IMG/VR virus record: IMGVR_UViG_3300007734_000735
Location: 1 to 60,849 of that record
Source of the DNA: a virus
Lineage: Duplodnaviria; Caudoviricetes
DNA length: 60,849 bases
Reading direction: 5' to 3' (one strand)
Shown here: positions 27,988-37,273 of the stretch, piece after piece
How the letters are laid out: every line of letters begins with the position of its first letter
How positions within the stretch are numbered: the first letter of the stretch is position 1
Notes under the pieces: model-generated
Told to the model about the DNA's origin: nothing
Databases searched by the model: none
Seen by the model: the letters and a program-made list of their open reading frames with translations, nothing else
Program-made: the position numbers and the translations under genes

Positions 27988-28838
27988 TGACGATTCTAAC
28001 TAATGCACAGCCTGAAGTAACGGCTAATAACACAGTTACTCTTACCAATAAGACACTAACTGCGCCAACAATCACAGACCCAACCATTACTGGTACTACA
28101 ACAAACATCAACACAACTAACCTAGTTGTTGAAGATAAGAACATCGTTATTAACGATGTAACAAGTCCGTCAGATGTAAACGCTGATGGTGGCGGTATCT
28201 CACTTAACGGTACAACCACAAAGACACTTAACTGGGTTGATGCAACAGATTCTTGGACATCTTCAGAAAACCTCAATCTTCTTACAGGAAAGACATTCAA
28301 GATTGCTGGAACAGATGTTCTAACAGCGTCAGCAGTTCTTGGCAAGGCTGTTCCTTCAGGAACAATTGTCGGAACATCAGATTCTCAAACACTTACAAGT
28401 AAGACATTGACTTCACCAACAATCAATGGTGGAACACTTGATGAAGTTATTCTTAATGCTCCGCAAGAGCGCACAACAATCACCGCTACTGCGGCAGGTT
28501 CAACAGTTCAGTTTGATGTTAAGACTCAAGGTGTTTTGTACTACACATCAAATTCAACAGGCAACTGGACTCTCAATGTGCGTGGAGATAGTTCAACAAC
28601 ATTGAACTCATTGATGACAACAGGAGATGCTCTAACTATTGTTTTTATGGCTACAAACTCAACTGCTTACTACGGAAGCGCACTAACAATTGATGGAAGC
28701 GCAGTAACTCCTAAGTATCAGAATGGTGTTGCTTTCTCTGCTGGTAGCGCATCAGCCATTGACATTTACACATACACAATCTTTAAGACAGCCAACGCAA
28801 CATTTACAGTTTTAGCAGGTCAGACTAAGTTCGCTTAA
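27987..28838 (+). CDS. Fibre protein
   Basis: TLTNKTLT.PTI repeats typical of phage fibres. Confidence 0.75.
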   Translation: MTILTNAQPEVTANNTVTLTNKTLTAPTITDPTITGTTTNINTTNLVVEDKNIVINDVTSPSDVNADGGGISLNGTTTKTLNWVDATDSWTSSENLNLLTGKTFKIAGTDVLTASAVLGKAVPSGTIVGTSDSQTLTSKTLTSPTINGGTLDEVILNAPQERTTITATAAGSTVQFDVKTQGVLYYTSNSTGNWTLNVRGDSSTTLNSLMTTGDALTIVFMATNSTAYYGSALTIDGSAVTPKYQNGVAFSAGSASAIDIYTYTIFKTANATFTVLAGQTKFA

Positions 28839-28850
28839 TAGGAGTCTTAA

Positions 28851-30284
28851 ATGTCACCAATTTTAGGTTCACGCGGTATCAGTCCACGCGGATACGGTTT
28901 TGCAGGAGCAGGTAAGCCAAATGCTCCAGTAAGCGTCTCTGCAACAGATGTCGGTACTTCACGCGCTTACAACAATGGTGCGGCTACTGTTTCTTTCACT
29001 TCAGGTGGAGATAATGGTGCGCCAATTACTTCGTTTACAGCAACTTCTAGTCCTGGTGGGTTTACAGCAACAGGGGCATCTTCTCCACTAACTGTTACTG
29101 GTTTACAGTCAAATACTTCTTACACATTTACCGTGACTGCGACTAACTCAGTTGGAACATCAGACGCCTCAACTGCTTCAGCCTCTATGACAGCGACAAC
29201 AGTTCCACAGGCTCCTACAATTGGAACAGCAACGGGTGGCAACGCTTCTGCATCTGTTACCTTCACAGCAGGTGCAACAGGCGGTAAAACTGTTTCTACA
29301 TTTACAGCAACTTCCTCTCCAACTTCAATAACAGGAACAAGTGGAACTAGCCCAATTACAGTTTCAGGACTTGCAAATGGAACTGCCTACACATTTACAG
29401 TTACAGCAACCAACGCTAATGGAGTATCAACGGCATCGTCGGCTTCTAACAGCGTAACCCCTGCTGTTCCTCCCTATTCTCTCTCAACAACATTTACTTC
29501 CTCGGGAACATTTACAGTACCAGCGGGTAAAAACTTAATTGCAATTCAAGCGATTGGTGCTTCAGGCGGTGGCGGCGGTGGCGGAGGACACGGTGGCGGC
29601 GGTGGTGCTGGTGGTGGCGCTGGTTCAACTATTTCTGTACGCAATATCTCAACAAGCCCAGGCACAAGTTATACAGTCACAATCGGCGCACAAGGTAATG
29701 GAGGTGCTGGTGGTGTTTCAACTGCTGTTGGTTCTACTGGAAATGCAGGTGGAGTTTCAAGTTTTGGAAATATAGTTACCATTAACGCTGGACAAGGTGG
29801 TGGCGGTAGCGTAGGTACTTCAGGCTCGGGTACGGCGGGTGCAGGAGGAACAACTCCTACATCCAATCTTGGGACAATCGATGTAGCCTCAGCAGGAGCA
29901 AATGGAGCGGCTGGTGTTAGCACGAATACTGCTGGTAATGCTGGGGGAAATACAAGCGACTTAACCTCGGCAGATGCCAATATAAGCACACTTACGCAAA
30001 TTGGTGGTGGTGGCGGTAGCGGTGGCGGTGGCAGATTTAGCAATGTTGGTGGTAATACAAATAACCCTGGTGGAGCGGGTGGTTCTTTTGCTGGTGGTGC
30101 AGGTGGCGCTGGCAATGCAACAGGAAATGGCGCTGGTGCGGCGGGTACTGCTGGAGGAGCAAGTATTGGTTTTCGAGGTAGCGGTGGTGGCGGTGGCGGT
30201 GGCGGCACAGGATTGTTCGCCTATAACAATGGCGGCGCAGGTGGAGATGGACAACAAGGCAAAATTTTGGTGTGGGTAGCCTAG
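28851..30284 (+). CDS. Fibre/adhesin: two Fn3 domains plus glycine-rich domain
   Basis: Two P..P...A..GN..A.V.F..SP.TV.GL.NG..YTFTVTATN repeats; FTSSGTFTVP then poly-Gly. Confidence 0.8.
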   Translation: MSPILGSRGISPRGYGFAGAGKPNAPVSVSATDVGTSRAYNNGAATVSFTSGGDNGAPITSFTATSSPGGFTATGASSPLTVTGLQSNTSYTFTVTATNSVGTSDASTASASMTATTVPQAPTIGTATGGNASASVTFTAGATGGKTVSTFTATSSPTSITGTSGTSPITVSGLANGTAYTFTVTATNANGVSTASSASNSVTPAVPPYSLSTTFTSSGTFTVPAGKNLIAIQAIGASGGGGGGGGHGGGGGAGGGAGSTISVRNISTSPGTSYTVTIGAQGNGGAGGVSTAVGSTGNAGGVSSFGNIVTINAGQGGGGSVGTSGSGTAGAGGTTPTSNLGTIDVASAGANGAAGVSTNTAGNAGGNTSDLTSADANISTLTQIGGGGGSGGGGRFSNVGGNTNNPGGAGGSFAGGAGGAGNATGNGAGAAGTAGGASIGFRGSGGGGGGGGTGLFAYNNGGAGGDGQQGKILVWVA

Positions 30285-30299
30285 AAAGAAAAAATAATA

Positions 30300-30623
30300 A
30301 TGACACATAAAAATTATGCTTTTATTAAAAATAACAATGTAGTCAATGTTGTTGTCTTTGACGACCCTACCGAAGAACTTTTGCAAATTTTCAAAGATGA
30401 GTTTGAACTTGATTTAATTATTGAGGCAACTCCAAAAACTTGCATCAATGGGACTTTTGATGGTGATAATTTTTGGGCAATTCAACCGTTTCCTTCTTGG
30501 ATTAAGGATGAAAATACGATAGAGTGGAAAGCACCAATTGTAAAACCTAATGATAATTTTGATTATCAATGGAATGAGCAAGAATTAAAGTGGGTGAAAA
30601 TAGATTTACCTTTAATTGATTAG
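30300..30623 (+). CDS. Fibre-associated protein
   Basis: YAFI..NVVNV..QPFPSW..W.AP..YQWNE; AT-rich. Confidence 0.65.
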   Translation: MTHKNYAFIKNNNVVNVVVFDDPTEELLQIFKDEFELDLIIEATPKTCINGTFDGDNFWAIQPFPSWIKDENTIEWKAPIVKPNDNFDYQWNEQELKWVKIDLPLID

Positions 30624-30636
30624 AAAGAGAGAGAGA

Positions 30637-31332
30637 ATGAAAATAATTTTTACGGATACTGTTGGTATTTCGGAAGAATACAAACCGCAACTCGCTTCTA
30701 AATTATTACCTGATTGGTATAAGAACACAGAATCTTACAAAGATAAAATTAAAAAACCCGCTGGCGACGGAACAACAACAGCAACAATTAAAAAATGTAT
30801 GCCTGTTTTTGATGTGATGAACGCAGGTTATTTTTTAGTAACTCATACAGATGTTTATGTTTCTCAACGGAAAAACGATAAAGGAGAAACGCAAGCGTGG
30901 TATGAATGGGGTGCTTTTTCTCCACTTGCTTTTCACGATAAATTTCAGGCTGTTTTACATCCAAAAGTAGATGCAGATATACCAAAGTATTTTAATCCGT
31001 GGGGTATAAAAACACCAAAAGGTTATTCTACTTTTTTTACAAGTCCAGCGCATCACGATAATGTTTTTGAGGCGCTCCCAGCAATTGTTGATACAGATAA
31101 ATACTTTGCCCCAGTAAACATCGTGTTTACTTTGGGAAATAAAAATTTTGAAGGTTTAGTTCCAGCAGGAACTCCAATTTGTCAAGTAATTCCTTTTAAA
31201 AGAGATAACTGGAAAATGGAAATAGGCAAAGAAAAAGACATAGAAATTGCAAAAAACGTGTCAAGTTTAATTCAAAGTAAATTTTTTGATGCGTATAAAA
31301 CAATGTTTAGACAAGAAAAACAGTACAAATAA
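30637..31332 (+). CDS. Conserved phage protein (possibly DUF6065-like beta-fold)
   Basis: PDWYK, TIKKCMP, PWGIKTPKGYS, AIVDTD, GTPICQVIPFKR. Confidence 0.55.
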   Translation: MKIIFTDTVGISEEYKPQLASKLLPDWYKNTESYKDKIKKPAGDGTTTATIKKCMPVFDVMNAGYFLVTHTDVYVSQRKNDKGETQAWYEWGAFSPLAFHDKFQAVLHPKVDADIPKYFNPWGIKTPKGYSTFFTSPAHHDNVFEALPAIVDTDKYFAPVNIVFTLGNKNFEGLVPAGTPICQVIPFKRDNWKMEIGKEKDIEIAKNVSSLIQSKFFDAYKTMFRQEKQYK

Positions 31333-31370
31333 TAGTCAGGTACAATAAAGCCCTGAACTAAGGAGTCCAA

Positions 31371-31583
31371 ATGGCAGGTACAACATCTAAAGGATTTAGA
31401 TACCCAACCGCAGGTGATAATCCTGCTGTTCATACGGACTTCCTCAACCTTGCCACCGATGTCGATACTGAACTCAATGACTACCTGACTACCGCTTCAG
31501 CGGCGTCTACTTATGCCACCCTTACTGGGTCGGCTACAGATGACTCAGTTCGCACAATTAACTTCATGCTCGGCGGTATGTAA
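31371..31583 (+). CDS. Small structural protein
   Basis: AAGGAG RBS; GFRYP..D...LATDVD; ends FMLGGM. Confidence 0.65.
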   Translation: MAGTTSKGFRYPTAGDNPAVHTDFLNLATDVDTELNDYLTTASAASTYATLTGSATDDSVRTINFMLGGM

Positions 31584-32029
31584 TGACCTTTACCTACTCA
31601 GGCGACCCAACTACAAGTACCCGTAATAAGGTGCGTTTTCTCATCAATGACACAGAATCAACTGATGTCTTGTTTACTGATGAAGAGTTGGATTACCTCA
31701 TTTCTGAGTGGGGTACAAATGTCTATGAAATCTGCCGTGCGGCGTGTGAAACTTTAGTCTCACGCTTTAGCCGTTTGGCAGATTCGACTTCAAAGAGCGT
31801 CGGAGACATCTCGGTTTCTGAGTCTTACACAGCAAAGAGCCAGCAGTATCAAGACCTTGCTAACTCATTTCTTGACCGCAAGATGCGTAAAGCGCCTCCA
31901 ACCATGAAGGCTAATGCCAACAGTTTGCTATCAACTGACGATAGAAATGTTACTGATTTCAATACAGATTTCTACGCTGGCATCCACGATAACCCAAACA
32001 GCAACTACGAACAACGCGTTCCTGAGTAG
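31583..32029 (+). CDS. Head-tail adaptor
   Basis: FTYSGDP..VRFLI.DT..FTDEEL..SVGD.SV. Confidence 0.8.
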   Translation: MTFTYSGDPTTSTRNKVRFLINDTESTDVLFTDEELDYLISEWGTNVYEICRAACETLVSRFSRLADSTSKSVGDISVSESYTAKSQQYQDLANSFLDRKMRKAPPTMKANANSLLSTDDRNVTDFNTDFYAGIHDNPNSNYEQRVPE

Positions 32030-32037
32030 GAGTAGAC

Positions 32038-32376
32038 ATGGCTGACGCTATCTATTCCAAAGTCGCGGAGTTCATGACTGATACGGTTGTTTTCACACCC
32101 AAGGCATCAGTTGATAAGTACAACAAACCTACCTTTGGCGCATCCAATACAAATGTGACAGCAACAGGTCGTCTTATCTACGACACGATTAAGTCTAAAG
32201 ATGTTCAGGGTACTGAGGTCGTAGACATCGGGCGATTCATCACAAATGGGCCACAGACAACAATTACTGTTGGTCATAGAATGGTTGTCGGGGCGGACAC
32301 TTTTTCTATAAATGCAGTAGATAACATCGCAGATGAAAACGGAGCGCATCACACCGTCATTCGATTTGGGCGGTAG
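32038..32376 (+). CDS. Head closure/stopper protein
   Basis: DKYNKP, position in neck cluster. Confidence 0.7.
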   Translation: MADAIYSKVAEFMTDTVVFTPKASVDKYNKPTFGASNTNVTATGRLIYDTIKSKDVQGTEVVDIGRFITNGPQTTITVGHRMVVGADTFSINAVDNIADENGAHHTVIRFGR

Positions 32377-32378
32377 TC

Positions 32379-32783
32379 ATGGCTAATGTTTATACATTCA
32401 CCCTTACAGGTGATGTCGAGTTGCAAGCCGTTCTTCGAGCAGCACAACGAAATGCTCCCAAAGCAGTTGCCCAAGCAATTTATGAAGAGGCACAAGTTAT
32501 TTTTAATAAGTCACAGATTCTCGTCCCAGTTGATACAAGCGCCCTTCGTGGCTCGGGTGATGTAAGCGCCATCCAAGGCTCAGGTCAGGGCGTTTATGTG
32601 GACATCTTCTACGGTGGTCCAGCAGCCCCTTACGCGCTTTATGTCCATGAGATTATCGGCAACTACCATAAGGCACCGACACAGGCTAAATACCTTGAAC
32701 AGCCATTCATGGAATCTCTAGCCCAAATCCAAAATAACATCTCGCGTAGAATAATCCACATTCTAAAAAGTAGGAGCATTTAA
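32379..32783 (+). CDS. Neck/tail completion protein (HK97 gp10-like)
   Basis: VPVDTSALRGS, YALYVHE, AKYLE.P. Confidence 0.8.
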   Translation: MANVYTFTLTGDVELQAVLRAAQRNAPKAVAQAIYEEAQVIFNKSQILVPVDTSALRGSGDVSAIQGSGQGVYVDIFYGGPAAPYALYVHEIIGNYHKAPTQAKYLEQPFMESLAQIQNNISRRIIHILKSRSI

Positions 32784-33208
32784 TGGCAACAATTCTTGAA
32801 TCAGTAGGTGACTACTTGCAGAACACCGCAAGTGCATTTGGCGAACACTCAAGCCAAGGTACTTTGGGAACCAGTCTATTTCTTGGCACACTCCCTGAAA
32901 CTCCCGATGCCTGTGTAGCCGTCTATGAGAACTCAGGCAGTTCCCCAGCCTTCACTATGGGCGCAGGTGGTATCCGTATTGACTACCCAATGATTCAGAT
33001 TATCTGCCGAGCAGGGCGCGAAGATTACCCAACGGCTAGAGACAAAGCCGACACAATTAGAATTTTGCTCGCGTCGGTGCTTGAAACTACCGTCTCAGGG
33101 GTGCATATTATGCGTATTGAACCTATGGGTTCAGTCAATCAGTTAGGAGTAGACCCGAAGTACCGCCCACTAATCTCGGTGAATTTCCGATGCCTAGTGA
33201 GGATGTAA
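32783..33208 (+). CDS. Tail terminator
   Basis: LF.G.LP..PD..VAVYE..G, QIICRA, LGVD...R. Confidence 0.75.
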   Translation: MATILESVGDYLQNTASAFGEHSSQGTLGTSLFLGTLPETPDACVAVYENSGSSPAFTMGAGGIRIDYPMIQIICRAGREDYPTARDKADTIRILLASVLETTVSGVHIMRIEPMGSVNQLGVDPKYRPLISVNFRCLVRM

Positions 33209-33375
33209 CTAAGGAGTCTGCTCCACTAGAGAGAGTGGTAGACCCGTATGGCAGAAACGCAACAACCGATGAGTTCCAGCGATGCTGGAAATGTGACAGG
33301 CTCCTCTTCGAGAGCGCAACGCGCCCGTGGAGTATCCGCTGTCCCCGTTGTAAATCCAAAAATAAATCAGGATGA
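33190..33375 (+). CDS. Mu Com-like zinc-finger protein
   Basis: RCWKCDRLLF...IRCPRCKSKN. Confidence 0.7.
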   Translation: MPSEDVTKESAPLERVVDPYGRNATTDEFQRCWKCDRLLFESATRPWSIRCPRCKSKNKSG

Positions 33376-33631
33376 GTTCGTTTCAGCACTTGATGAATTA
33401 GTTGGCGTTTGGAAAGTTCAGGACGGTTGCTCTGTAAGAAGGATTACAAATGAGTTGCCCGAACCAGCACGGACTAAATTCAAAGAAGCAATGAAGAATG
33501 AAAAGATTAACTCGGCTCGCCTAGTTGAATTGTTAGCAACTTTTGACATTGCGGTAGGCTCTGATGTTATGCGTAGACATCGTAGAAGGTTATTTGGCAA
33601 AGACGGATGTAAGTGTCCAATTGAACATTGA
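33248..33631 (+). CDS. Hypothetical protein (start uncertain)
   Basis: C-terminal VMRRHRRR..GCKC; precedes phosphoesterase. Confidence 0.55.
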   Translation: MAETQQPMSSSDAGNVTGSSSRAQRARGVSAVPVVNPKINQDEFVSALDELVGVWKVQDGCSVRRITNELPEPARTKFKEAMKNEKINSARLVELLATFDIAVGSDVMRRHRRRLFGKDGCKCPIEH

Positions 33632-34814
33632 TGACGCTTTAGACAATCTGTTAAAAACTACAGAAGTTGCCTCAGTTCAAAAAACTGAGCCACGACAAAG
33701 ACAAGCCGAGTGGACGCCTGGAGTTACATGGATGGGCGACGAAGGCACGATAACTACACCTCCAGTTGAGGGTGAGTCTCATCCCGATTGGTCGGGAGTA
33801 TTAAGAATGTGGGGCTTAGACCCTGAACACTTTGCAGTTGTAGAACCAGTTCTTTTCAATGTGTGGGGCGATACTTTAGGAATTCTTAATCGCCAATGGA
33901 AAGGCAAAGTAGTTCGCAAAGGGCGACAAGAAACTGCCGACATTGAATCTCTTATTGCAGAAATTAAAAAACATAAACCTCGCGAAAGAAAAGAAATTGA
34001 GGGCGGGGCAAGTCTTGTTGTTTGTGCCTCTGACTGGCAAGTAGGTAAAAGAGATGGCGATGGTCTCAAAGGATTAGTAGGGCGTTGGCTTCAAGCAATT
34101 CATGATGTTGAGTTCAGATTAAAAGAATTAAAAAAGTTGGGTCGTCCGATTGACTCAATTACAGTCCTTTGCCTTGGTGACTTGGTTGAAGGATGCGATG
34201 GTCACTATGACATTCAGACTTTCACAGTTGAAGTTGATAGGCGTGACCAAGTAAAGATTGCTAGACGCCTTTTGAGAGATGCTCTCATCCGTTGGTCAAA
34301 AGTTGTCCCTTCAATTACTGTTGCGGCGATTGGTGGAAACCATGGAGAAAACCGTAAAAACGGAAAGTCGTTTACGACGCTTGGCGATAATGACGATGTT
34401 GCTCTAGTTGAGTCCGTTGCTGAAATCTTCCAAGCAAACCCTGAAGCCTACGGTCATATTAAGTTTGCAATCCCAACCGATGAGTTGAGTTTGACTCTTG
34501 AGATTCATGGAAAAATTATCGGAATCACCCACGGACACCTTGCTCGCTCGGGACAGGGAGTTGAAGGTAAGTTGCGTAGGTGGATTGCTGACCAAACGCT
34601 AGGTCGTCAGAAAATTGGCGATTGCGACATTTTGGTGACTGGTCACTATCATTCATTCAAACTAGCGGATTGGGGAGGAGTCAAATGGCTACAAGCACCA
34701 GCCCTTGACGGGGGAAGCGTGTGGTGGAGACAATCAACGGGGGAGATTGCCGATGTGGGAGTTCTGACATTCCTAGTCTCGAGCGAGGGAGTGACGGACA
34801 TCCAACTTTTATGA
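33564..34814 (+). CDS. Calcineurin-like metallophosphoesterase (true start likely near 33621)
   Basis: SDWQ, LGDLVEG, GGNHG, THGH, GHYH motifs. Confidence 0.85.
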   Translation: MLCVDIVEGYLAKTDVSVQLNIDDALDNLLKTTEVASVQKTEPRQRQAEWTPGVTWMGDEGTITTPPVEGESHPDWSGVLRMWGLDPEHFAVVEPVLFNVWGDTLGILNRQWKGKVVRKGRQETADIESLIAEIKKHKPRERKEIEGGASLVVCASDWQVGKRDGDGLKGLVGRWLQAIHDVEFRLKELKKLGRPIDSITVLCLGDLVEGCDGHYDIQTFTVEVDRRDQVKIARRLLRDALIRWSKVVPSITVAAIGGNHGENRKNGKSFTTLGDNDDVALVESVAEIFQANPEAYGHIKFAIPTDELSLTLEIHGKIIGITHGHLARSGQGVEGKLRRWIADQTLGRQKIGDCDILVTGHYHSFKLADWGGVKWLQAPALDGGSVWWRQSTGEIADVGVLTFLVSSEGVTDIQLL

Positions 34815-35092
34815 ACGACCCTAGAGACATTGCTTTATATGCCGCTGAGTTGGTCTCAGGGGAGCGTCAGGACGCTTATGGGCATCCCTTGGATAACTTT
34901 ACTAGGGCGGCTCAAATATGGTCTGTAATCCTCGGCTGTGAGGTTTCTGCCGAGCAAGTCAGCCTTTGCATGGTCGGTATGAAGATTGCCCGTGAAGTTA
35001 ATCAGACCAAGCCCGATACAGTCGTCGATGGAATCGGTTACTTCTTAACCTTAAATATGATTCAAGAAGAAAGAATCCGACGCACTATCTAA
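34811..35092 (+). CDS. DUF6378-like (nucleotide diphosphohydrolase-like) protein
   Basis: GERQDAYGHP..NF..A..WS..K.AR...D..GY. Confidence 0.7.
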   Translation: MNDPRDIALYAAELVSGERQDAYGHPLDNFTRAAQIWSVILGCEVSAEQVSLCMVGMKIAREVNQTKPDTVVDGIGYFLTLNMIQEERIRRTI

Positions 35093-35214
35093 ATTTACTA
35101 TGCGATACACTATGAGCAATGTGCGCTAGTCGCCCGAGTTGTCGTCTTACCTTCGTGTCCGTGTGACCTAGACGGTGTACTTGGGCTACCCATGCGCCGT
35201 CATAGGAGGTAAGA

Positions 35215-35535
35215 ATGGCTCGCTATCGAGTTCTACAGGGTATCGATTACCCACCCAACAAACGCGCCGAAGCGGGCGATGTTGTTGAAGATTTACCAGC
35301 CACATCTATTAAGTGGCTTACTGAAATTGGCGCAATTGAAGATGCCAATAAACCTGCTAAAGCAAAAATTGAAGAACCTATAGTTGAGCCTGTCAAAGAA
35401 GAACCAATTGTCGAGGCTCCAGTTGAGCCTGTTGTTGAGGCAGAGGGTTTTGACCCTAATGCTACAGATGGCGACGGCGATGGATTTGTTCAAGATGGAA
35501 CTCCACACCAACGCCCAGTTGAGGAGACTGAATAA
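35215..35535 (+). CDS. Small acidic virion-region protein with DGDGDG motif
   Basis: AGGAGG RBS; DGDGDGFVQDGT. Confidence 0.7.
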   Translation: MARYRVLQGIDYPPNKRAEAGDVVEDLPATSIKWLTEIGAIEDANKPAKAKIEEPIVEPVKEEPIVEAPVEPVVEAEGFDPNATDGDGDGFVQDGTPHQRPVEETE

Positions 35536-36260
35536 TGCCTACATTTGCACATGGTAAAAATGTTAATGTTTTTATTAACCAATATGATTTTTCTACTTAC
35601 TTTAATGATGTAAGCGCAACAAGCACAGTTGAGACCGCTGAGGTTTCAGCCTTTGGCTCAAGTGCCAAAGAATACATCGTCGGTTTAATCGATGGAACAG
35701 TTTCTTTAAGTGGAATGTTTGACGGAACTGCAACAGGTACAGATGTAGTTTTCTCAGCAGTTCTTGGTTCAACTACAAAACAAAATGTCATTGTCGCCCC
35801 ATCAGGTCACTCTAATGGAGCAACCGCAATTGTCCTTGAGGCAGATGACACCTCATACGAAGTTTCAGGAGCAGTTGCCGACGTTGTACAAACAAGCGTT
35901 GAATTCCAGTCAAGCGACGGAGTTGAACACGGAAAGATTCTTTCTTCAGGTTCAACAATTACAGCAACAGGAAATGGAACATCTGTTGATAACACAGCCG
36001 CATCTACCAATGGTGGAGTAGGCTTTTTAAGCGTTCCAACTAATACTCGTAATGGCAACATCACAGTCAAGGTTCAGCAGTCAGCCGACAACTCAACCTT
36101 TTCTGATTTGATTACCTTTACGGTGGTTTCCAGCACAGCCAAGACTTTTCAAAGAGTTGAGGTTACTGGAACCGTAGCAAGATACCTGCGCGTGAACTAC
36201 ACGGTTGCAGGTTCCACAGGTAGCGCCACCCCAGTAGTGGCTTTCGCAAGGAGAAACTAA
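35535..36260 (+). CDS. Tail tube-like protein with C-terminal extra domain
   Basis: N-terminal half paralogous to 36260 (MPTF.HGK, ETAE...FG...K.YIVGL.D). Confidence 0.7.
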   Translation: MPTFAHGKNVNVFINQYDFSTYFNDVSATSTVETAEVSAFGSSAKEYIVGLIDGTVSLSGMFDGTATGTDVVFSAVLGSTTKQNVIVAPSGHSNGATAIVLEADDTSYEVSGAVADVVQTSVEFQSSDGVEHGKILSSGSTITATGNGTSVDNTAASTNGGVGFLSVPTNTRNGNITVKVQQSADNSTFSDLITFTVVSSTAKTFQRVEVTGTVARYLRVNYTVAGSTGSATPVVAFARRN

Positions 36261-36676
36261 TGCCTACATTCACACACGGTAAAGCCACCGTATTCAAGGT
36301 GGACAATTCAGGTGGGTCTTTAACAGACATCAGCAATGTGCTGACAGATGTTTCATTCCCACAGACAATCGAAACAGCCGAGACTACAAGTTTTGGTTCA
36401 AACGCAAAGACCTACATTGTGGGTTTGAGCGATGCAACCGTTTCAGTATCAGGTAACTTTGATACAACAGTTGATGCACACCTCAGCGGGGTTCTAGGAC
36501 AAGCGGCAACTTTGTCGTTTGAGTACGGACCTGAAGGTTCAACAGCAGGAGATGCAAAGTACACAGGCGAGTGCCTCATGACTTCTTACGAGAAGAGTGG
36601 CGCAGTTGGCGATGTTGTAACTTTCTCAGCAGAGTTCCAAGTTACAGGTACCGTTACACGCGGTACTTACTCATAA
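36260..36676 (+). CDS. Major tail tube protein
   Basis: ETTSFG..AKTYIVGL.D, YTGEC..TSY, FSAEFQVTG. Confidence 0.8.
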   Translation: MPTFTHGKATVFKVDNSGGSLTDISNVLTDVSFPQTIETAETTSFGSNAKTYIVGLSDATVSVSGNFDTTVDAHLSGVLGQAATLSFEYGPEGSTAGDAKYTGECLMTSYEKSGAVGDVVTFSAEFQVTGTVTRGTYS

Positions 36677-36735
36677 TTCATAATTAAATAACAACTTAAT
36701 AAGTCGTGACCAACCTAGTGTCCAAGGAGAAATAA

Positions 36736-37095
36736 ATGAGTCTAAAAGAAGCAATTTTCAGTAGCGATGACATCACAAAGGAACTCGTAGAAATCCCTGA
36801 ATGGGGAGTAACTGTCGAGGTTCGTTCGATGACAGCAAACGAAAGAGCAAAACTCGGAGAAAGCGCTGCTAAAGGCGACAAGACCGATGTTGGCGCAATG
36901 TATGCACTAACTGTTATTGCAACTGTTTATGACCCTGAAACTGGTCTGCCAGTCTTTACAGCACAAGATAAAGAAGCCATCCTTTCTAAGAATGGTGCAG
37001 TTATCGAACGCCTTGCAACTAAGGCTCTCGGCAACTCAGGTCTGTCTGAAAAGGCGGTAGACGAAGCACAAGCACGATTTCCTGAAGAATCCTGA
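36736..37095 (+). CDS. Tail assembly chaperone (G)
   Basis: EIPEWG..VEVRSMT..ER; upstream of tape measure. Confidence 0.8.
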   Translation: MSLKEAIFSSDDITKELVEIPEWGVTVEVRSMTANERAKLGESAAKGDKTDVGAMYALTVIATVYDPETGLPVFTAQDKEAILSKNGAVIERLATKALGNSGLSEKAVDEAQARFPEES

Positions 37096-37273
37096 GCGTA
37101 GGTTTCTTTTTGAACTTGCTGAAGAATTAGGTCGGACGGTGGGCGAACTTCTTTACGGGAGTCCAGCCCACCGCCCCCTATCTAGTATGGAATTAACCGA
37201 ATGGTCTGCTCTTTATATCCTAAGAGGGAAAGAGCGGGAAAAAGCGGAAAGAAAGGCTAAGGCAAGAAGATAA
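37082..37273 (+). CDS. Tail assembly chaperone frameshift extension (T-like)
   Basis: +1 frame LKNPERRFLFELAEELGRTVGEL..SSMELTEW; TAATG overlap with tape measure. Confidence 0.7.
   Translation: MKNPERRFLFELAEELGRTVGELLYGSPAHRPLSSMELTEWSALYILRGKEREKAERKAKARR

Noticed and set aside
29539-30386. Poly-Pro and other alternative ORFs over the Gly-rich fibre
   Set aside because: Frame/strand shadows of GGN codon runs
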